Assembly (NCBI RefSeq): GCF_018977255.1
Contig: NW_024704743.1
Location: forward strand, 53,322,001-53,386,000
Reading direction: 5' to 3'
Length of the DNA: 64,000 nucleotides
DNA from: Callorhinchus milii
Lineage: Eukaryota
The notes beneath the pieces were generated by a model, which saw only the letters and a program-made list of their open reading frames with translations, did not search any database and was not told the origin of the DNA. Below are positions 56,001 through 64,000 of this stretch, one piece after another. Position numbers and translations under genes: made by a program. How positions within the stretch are numbered: position 1 is the first letter of the stretch; each line of letters starts with the position of its first letter.

Positions 56001-56634
56001 GCTTGCCTCTGTGTGTGTGTGTGTGTGTGGGTCTGCCGGTGTGTGTGTATCTGCCTTATGTGTGTGTCGGCCGGTGTGTGTGTGTGTGTCGGCTGGTGTG
56101 TGTGTGTGTCTGCCGGTGTGTGTCTGCCGGTGTGTGTGTGTCTGCCGGTGTGTGTGTGTGTCTGCCGGTGTGTGTGTCTGGGCTCGAGCATCTCTGTTTG
56201 TGCGTACCCACCGCCTGTGCGTGTGTGCTGTGTCTGTGCATATGTGGGGGCCGGCTGGTCGGCATCTTTGCCTCGCGCGCCTCGCCCCTCTTGCGCGGCC
56301 CCCGTACACTCCTGTTGACCCCACCCCCGTCGTGCAGCCCCCCCCCACCGTCCCTGACACGCGGCTCCCCCATCTCGCTGTGCTCTGTCGCTTTCTGAGT
56401 CTTTGCCTGTCTGTGTCTCTCTCTGTGTGTCTGTCTCTGTCTGTGTCTGTGTCTCTGTCTGTTTGTGTTTCTGTCTCTTGTCTGTCTGTGTCTGTCTGTC
56501 TGTGTCTCTGTGTCTGTCTGTCTCTGTGTCTATCTCTGTCTGTCTGCCTGTCTCTACCTGTGTCTGCCTGTCTCTACCTGTGTCTGCCTGTCTCTACCTG
56601 TGTCTGCCTGTCTCTACCTGTGTCTGCCTGTCTC
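51340..56634. repeat. Compound TG/TC/CG low-complexity satellite, ~5.3 kb
   Basis: Nearly A-free + strand; successive domains with different motifs. Confidence 0.95.
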
Positions 56635-58030
56635 AGCTATTCAATTACCGGCCCATCTCAAACCTCCCTTTTCTGTCCAAGGTCCTTGAGAGAGCCGTTG
56701 CCTCCCAGCTTCGCTCTTTCCTCTCCCACTCCCTCCATGAACCCCTCTAATCGGGTTTCTGTGCTGTCCACAGCACGGAAACTGCTCTGGTCAAGGTCAC
56801 AAATGACATCCTGACCATGTGTGACCAGGGCTCCCTCTGCCTCCTCAACCTCTTTGACCTCTCCATTGCCTTTGACACGGTGGACCACTCAATTCTCCTC
56901 CACTGCCTCTCCTCCCACCTCAATCTCCAAGGTTCTGTCCTTGACTGGTTCAGGTCCTATCTTTCACACCCCCTCCATTTTGTTGCAGCAAACAGCTTCT
57001 CCTCCATCCCCCGCAGGTGTCCCTCAGGGCTCTGTCCTCGGTCCCCTCCTCTTAACCCTCTACATGCTCCCTCTTGGTGATGTCATCCGCAGACATGGGG
57101 TAAATTTCCACATGTATGCGGATGACACCCAACTCTATCTCTCTGCCTCCACCCTCAACTCCAGGACTACTGGCGTCCATCCTGACATCAAGTCCTGGAC
57201 GAGGATCAACTTTCTCCAACTCAATGTCAGCAAGACCGAGGTCCTCCTGATTGTCTCACGCCAACACCTCCGCACTTCAGGCGCTGGCAGCATCAGCCTC
57301 CACGACTGCACACTCAACCTCACTAAGCCAGTCAGGAACCTGGGTATCTTGTTTGACCCTGAACCACCTCTGCAACATATCCAGACTCCTCCACTGCCTC
57401 ACCCCTCAGGCTGCCGAAACCCTCACTCACGCATTCGTCACATCAAGGCTCAACTACGGGAACTCCCTCCTCATCGGCCTTCCCAACTCTTCCCTTCACA
57501 AGCTGCAGATCATCCAAAACTCTGCAGCTCATGTACTCTCACGCACCAGACTCCGTGACCCCATCACTCCCACCCTCGCCCGACTCCACTGGCTCCCCAT
57601 CCCCCAGAGGATCAAATTCAAGATTCTCGTCCTCACCTTTAAGGCCATCCATGGCTTTGCCCCCTCCTACCTCTCTGACCTGCTGACTCCCTACCAACCT
57701 GCCCGTTCCCTCTTCTCAGTGGGCTCCGGCCCAGCTCCATGTCTCCCGCCCGACCCGCCCTACCATCGGTGGTCGGGCTTTCAGCTTCTCTGCCCCCACA
57801 CTCGGGAACTCCATCCCACGGTCCCTTTGCCTCTCTTCCTCCCTGTGCCTCCTTCAAGGCCGGTCTCAAGACTCTTCTCTTCGACTGTGCCTTTGGTCTC
57901 CCTCCCACCTCTCTGCCTTCCCTCACCCCTACCCCACCCCTCCCCCCATGCTCGGGCCCCGACACCTGACTGTCCAGCGCCTTGGAACGTCTTCCCAACG
58001 TGAAAGGCGCTCTATAAATGTAATTTGTTG
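56635..58030 (+). mobile_element. L2 LINE copy C, 5'-truncated
   Basis: [36 protein letters not shown] and LHWLP motifs; tail ending ttgttg. Confidence 0.9.
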
Positions 58031-59092
58031 TCTGCCTGCCTGCTTGTCTGTCTGTCTGACTGTCTCTGCTTGCCTGTCTCTGCCTGCCTGCCTGCCTTGC
58101 TGTGTGTCTCTCTGTCTCATTGTCTGTGTCTCACTGTCTGCCTGTCTCTGTCTGTCTCTCAGTCTGTCTCTCTGTCTGTGTCTGTCTGTCTCTATCTGTC
58201 TGCCTGTGTCTGCCGACCTCTGACCGTCTCTGTCTGCCTCTGCCTGTTCCCATCTGTCAGTGTCTGTCTGTCTGCCTCTGTCTGTTTATCTGCCTGCCTC
58301 TGTCTTTCTACCTGCTTGCCTGTCTGTAAGTCTGTCTGTAGATCTGTCTGTCTGCCTCTTCCCCTGCCTGTCTCTGTCTGTAACACACTGTCTGTCTGTC
58401 TGTCTGTCTGCCTCCTGCCTGTGTGTGTCTGTCTGTCTGTGTGTGTGTGTCTGTCTGTGTATGGCTGTCTGGGTCTGTCTGTGTATGTGTCTGTCTCTCT
58501 GTCCTTGTGTGTGTGTCTGTCTCTCTCTGTCTGTCTCTGCCTGCCTGTCTCCCTGCCTGCCTGTCTCTGTCTGCTTGTCTCTCTCTCCTGTCTGCCCCTG
58601 CCTGCTCGGTCGGTCGGACGGGCTCTGCCTGCTTATGTCTGTTTCTGCCTGCCTGCTTGTGTCTGCCTGCCTGTCTGTCTGTGTCTCTACCTCTGCCTAC
58701 CTGTGTCTGTTTCTGTCTGTTTCTATCTGCGTGTCTGCCTGCCTGTCTCTGTCTGTCTGTGACACTCTGTCTGTTTGTGACACTCTGACACTCTCGGGTA
58801 TGCGACACTCGGTCTGTGTTTCCGTGTCTGTTTGTCTCTGCCTGTGTCTGTCTATCTCTCTGCCTGGGTCTGTCTGTCTCTCTGCCTGGGTCTGTCTGTC
58901 TCTCTGCCTGGGTCTGTCTGTCTCTCTTTGCCTGGGTCTGTCTGTGTCTGTCTCTGTCTGTCTGTCCTTGTGTCTCTTCGTCTGTGGCGCTCTGCCCCTC
59001 TGTGGTGCTCTATCTGCCTGTGTCTGCCTGTCTGTGTGTCTGTCTCTCTGTCTCCCTGTACCTGTCTGTCCCTGAGTCTCTGTCTGTGACAC

Positions 59093-59147
<55 letters not shown>

Positions 59148-59229
59148 TTGTCTCTCGTATGTGTGTGTCTGTCTGTCTCTGTGCGTGTGTCTGTCTGTCT
59201 GTCTGTCGGTTTCTCTATGTCTGTATCTG
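58031..59229. repeat. (TCTG/CCTG)n-derived satellite
   Basis: Direct inspection. Confidence 0.9.
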
Positions 59230-60188
59230 TCTCGGGGCTCTGTCCTTGCTCCCCTCCTCTTCAATATCAATGTGCTTCCTCCTGGTGACATCATCCGCAG
59301 ACATGTAGTCAACTTCCATATGTATGTGGATGACACCCAACTGTCCCTCTCTGTCTTCTCCCTCGACTCCAGGACCACTGCTGTCCTGACAGAATGACTG
59401 TCAGACATCAAGTCCTGGATGAGAGCAAACTTTGCTCAGTTAAACATCGACAAGACGGAGGTTCTTCTGATTGGCTTCCGTCAGCGCCTCCTCACCTCAG
59501 ACACTGACAGCATCACCGCCCATGGTGCTCACTCCACCTTACTAAGCCGGTCAGGAACCTTGGGGTCTTGTTTGACCCTCAACTATCCTTTCTACCCCAC
59601 ATCAGTGCCATGACCCGCTCTGCCTTCCCCCACCTCTGCAACATCGCCCGGCTCTGCCACTGCCTCACACCACAGGCCACCAAGACCCTCATATACGCTT
59701 TCATTACATCGAGACTTGACTATGCAAACTCCCTACTTGTCGGCCTCCCCAACTCCTCCCTCCACAGGGTACAGATCATCCAGAACACAGCAGCCCGTGT
59801 TCTCTCCCGCACCAGTCTCCGTGACCCTATCACCCCCATCCTCGCCCCACTCCACTGGCTTCCCATCACACAGTGGATACAGTTCAAGATCCTGGTCCTC
59901 ACCTTCAAAACCCTCCATGGTCTTGCTCCCCCCTATCTCTGCGACATCCTAATCCCCTACCATCCTGCTCGTTCCCTCCGCTCAGCAGCTCCAGCCTGCT
60001 TCACGTCCCCCACCTCGCTCGTCTCACTACTAGCGGGCGGACCTTCTGCCACTCTGCTCCCACCCTCTGGAACTCCATCCCACAGAACCTCCCGACCCCG
60101 GGCTCGGGTCTGAAACTCTTGTCTGTCCAGCACCATGGACACATCCTCCCGATGTGAAAGGCACTTTACAAATGTAATTTTGTTGTTG
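59230..60188 (+). mobile_element. L2 LINE copy D, 5'-truncated
   Basis: Starts at [15 protein letters not shown]; tail ending (ttg)3. Confidence 0.9.
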
Positions 60189-61098
<910 letters not shown>

Positions 61099-62057
61099 TG
61101 ACACCCAACTCTTATCTCGCCACCTTCACCCTCAACTCCAGGATCATTCATATCCTGGCTAATTGTCTGTCTGACATCTAATCCTGGATGAGAGCCAACT
61201 TACTCCAGCTCAATGTTGGCAAGCCAGAGGCCCACCTGCTTGGCTCCCGGCAGCGCCTCTTCACCTCAGCTGCTGACACTATCACCATTCGTGGCTGCAC
61301 TCTTCGCCTCACTGAGCCCAATCCGAAACTTTGGTGTCTTGTTCGAGCCTCAGCTATCCTTCAAACCCCACATTCAAGCCGCGACCCGTTCAGCCTTTCT
61401 ACACCTCCAAACCATTGCCCGCCCCCACCACTGTCTCTCACTGCAGGCTGCCGAGACCCTGATCCACATTTTCATTACGTCTCAGCTTGACTATGCCAAC
61501 TGCCTGCTCACTGGGCTTCCCAACTCTTCCCTCCACAAGCTGCAGATTATTCAGAACTCTGCAGCTCATGTCCTCTCCTGCACCTTTGTCTGTCTCTCTC
61601 AGCTCTGTTCTTGCCCGGTTTCACTGGCTCCCTATTCCTCAGAGAATCAAGTACAAAAACCTCGTTCTTACCTTCAACGCCCTCCACAGTCTTGCTCCAC
61701 TCTATCTCTCCGACCTCATAACCCCATATTAGCCTGTCCCCACTCAGCGGACACTGGCCTGCTTCAGGTCCCCCGCACTTCCTGCCCCACCATTGGTGGT
61801 CGGGCATTTAGCATCTCTGCCTCCACACCCTGAAACTCTATCCCACAATCCCTCCACACACACCCTTTTCTTGTCTCCTTCAAGTCCCATCTAAAGATCT
61901 TCCTCTTCAATCATGCCTTTGGCCACACTCCCACCCCTCCCTGCCTTCCTCTCCTCCTGACCCCAACTCCCAGTTCGGATCCCAAACCCCTGATTGTTCA
62001 GCGCCCTGGGACATCTTTCTAAAGTGAAGGGTGCTATACAAGTGTAATTTGTTGTTG
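61099..62057 (+). mobile_element. L2 LINE copy E, 5'-truncated
   Basis: Starts at DTQL; WMRANLLQLN; tail ending (ttg)3. Confidence 0.88.
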
Positions 62058-62154
62058 TCTGTATGTCTGTCTCTCTCTGTCTCTGTTTGTGTGTCTGTGT
62101 CTCTGTTTGTGTCTATCTGTCTGTGTGTGTGTCTCTCTTTGTCTGTGAGTCTGT

Positions 62155-62331
62155 CTTACCTCCTTCAAGTCCTGTATGAAGACCTTCCTCTTCGATCATA
62201 CCTTCGGCCGCCCTCTTACCCCCTTCCCTTCTGACCCCAACTCCCAGCTTGGGTCCAAAACTCCTGATTGTTCAGCACCCTGGGACGTCTTTCCAAAGTG
62301 AAGAGCGCTATACAAGTGTCATTTGTTGTTG
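62155..62331 (+). mobile_element. L2 LINE copy F, short 3' end
   Basis: ccttcaagtcc...ttcctcttcgatcat..., tail ending (ttg)3. Confidence 0.85.
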
Positions 62332-62869
62332 TCTGTCTTGTCCGTCTATCCGTGAGTATGTCTGTCTCTCTCTATGTCTATCTGAATCACTCGGTTTCTC
62401 TCCCCACCCCTTTCACTCTCTCCCTCTCTATAGGTCTCTGACTCGCTTGTTCCCTTTGACACTCTCTTCCTGTACTTTACCGGACCGTATCTCTCCCACA
62501 TGCATCTGCAGCAGCTGCATTTGCCTACAAAAGTCACCACACTTCACAGTAAATCTATGAAATGCTTTAAGGTGTTTCAACATTATTGACACTATTAAAA
62601 GTGTAAATTCTGCATTTCCTCTCTTGATATTGGGTTTAGGCTCTACCATCTATTGCACGGAAAGCTATGATCAAATTGAAAACCTTGAGGCTTCAGCATC
62701 ACTCTTTGTATTTACTCCTCAGTTTATTCCCTCACGTGTTTCAGACATAAGCTATTGCATTATGTGATCAATAATGAAATAGCTTTCCACAGATGTGCAG
62801 CATCTCCAATCTGCTCAGATGCTACCTGAATACCTGCTTATTATTGTTACTTTGGATCAAAAGAGATGT

Positions 62870-63020
62870 TCAGATGAACAAGGCCCTTTGGCTCATTTGA
62901 TCTCATCCTTTCAGAATCCACCCTACTGTTTTCCCATTACAGCATCAAGATGTTCCTTAAATTGAGTCCTGTGTCCTTGCCTTAACTATTATTCCTGTAA
63001 CTTGTTCCAACTGCTAATAA
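62870..63020 (-). mobile_element. Old interspersed repeat, probably a CR1 3' end (second copy at ~42325-42420)
   Basis: Both copies share aaggcc..tggctcatttgat...atcctttcagaatc...cagcat.aag...ttaaat. Confidence 0.5.
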
Positions 63021-64000
63021 TACACAAAATAATGGAGTTTCCTTAACAGCAAAACACATGACAGCAGTTACTGATATGGTTTCAGTTGGCTTTAGGCATA
63101 CTTTAAATTAGATATAATGATTCATAAAGCAATCTTTCAGAGGCGATCCAGTGATCCAAAAGATGTTTACTCAATTGGAATATCGGAATCAGGTTGAACC
63201 TATAAGCCATCTGGGCACTGTGGTTCCTGAGTTAGGCAGATCCACAGTACCTTAAGGCATTTGGATGACATATCGGCCAACCTGCCATGTTGGCAGGATT
63301 TGAAGGGGCAGACTAGGAGCATAATTGTTCCCATTCGCCTTCTGCTAATCCTGTGAACCAAAGCCCTCATGGGCAGCGGGATAAGCAGCGGGAAGCTTGC
63401 CAGACAGTGCTCTTAATGGTAAACTTTTTAATCCCAATTAATGATTTTCAAAATACAATCTTTGGATGATCATCTTAATGTGGTGTTTCCTTGGTGTGTG
63501 GGTAAAATCAGCAGATATTAAACACCACGCCTGCAAAATACAGTAACTCCTGTGAAGGACTTTGATACAACTTGGGAATATGATAAGGCATTATATCAAA
63601 ATGTAAGGATTATCATGCATGTCAGTTTTTATTGTTTTCAGAGGTTTATAAATGTGAACTATTTGAAAATGATGTTCCATAGTTTGAATATGGTAAAAAT
63701 GAGACTTATTCCTTTTTTTGATAGGTATTGGTGATCAGTCAAACTTGAGTTCTATTCCCTGGGCACTGTTTTTATTTCAAAGAAGTTCCCCACAAAATTT
63801 ATAAGAACATAAGAATTGATGGATAAAAGAAGATCAAGGTGCATCAAGTTCACCTTCCACCAACCTGGCAGTTGAATGCACATTGTGTCCTAAACTATAT
63901 ACTATATCCCAATATATTTCCTAAAAGAAATGTAAAAACTATGTTATTTCCTGAACGTGTCTGTGTAAGTGATGTACGTAACTGATTGAAATTGTTTTGT

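Noticed and set aside
51256..56814. ORFs of 500-1000 aa rich in V/C/S or T/H/R/D
   Set aside because: They are open in many frames on both strands because the A-poor repeat cannot form stops; there is no domain content.

Overview
Vertebrate nuclear DNA, most likely a cartilaginous fish (the repeat content suggests a chimaera/elephant-shark-like genome; this is inference). The only protein-coding gene supported is the 5' part of IGF2BP3 on the + strand: coding exon 1 at 29144-29318 and exon 2 at 30906-30966. It has a CpG- and microsatellite-rich promoter and an intron 2 that runs off the window (exon 3 not found). The rest is retroelement-rich: nested, decayed L2-clade LINEs, CR1 and Tx1-like LINE remnants, a tRNA-Ala-headed SINE family, older Deu-domain SINEs, two TIR DNA-transposon derivatives, and an ~11 kb TG/TC satellite field (51340-62390) interleaved with four same-strand L2 copies. 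No intact transposon ORF, CRISPR array or prokaryotic system is present, and the long V/C/S-rich ORFs are low-complexity artefacts. The most interesting observations are the L2/satellite mosaic, an apparently chimeric tRNA+CORE-like+Deu+L2-tail SINE with a covarying 3' hairpin, a twin-priming-like L2 insertion, and AG|GT recursive-splice-type sites in IGF2BP3. Element boundaries were read by eye and are approximate unless a junction is quoted.
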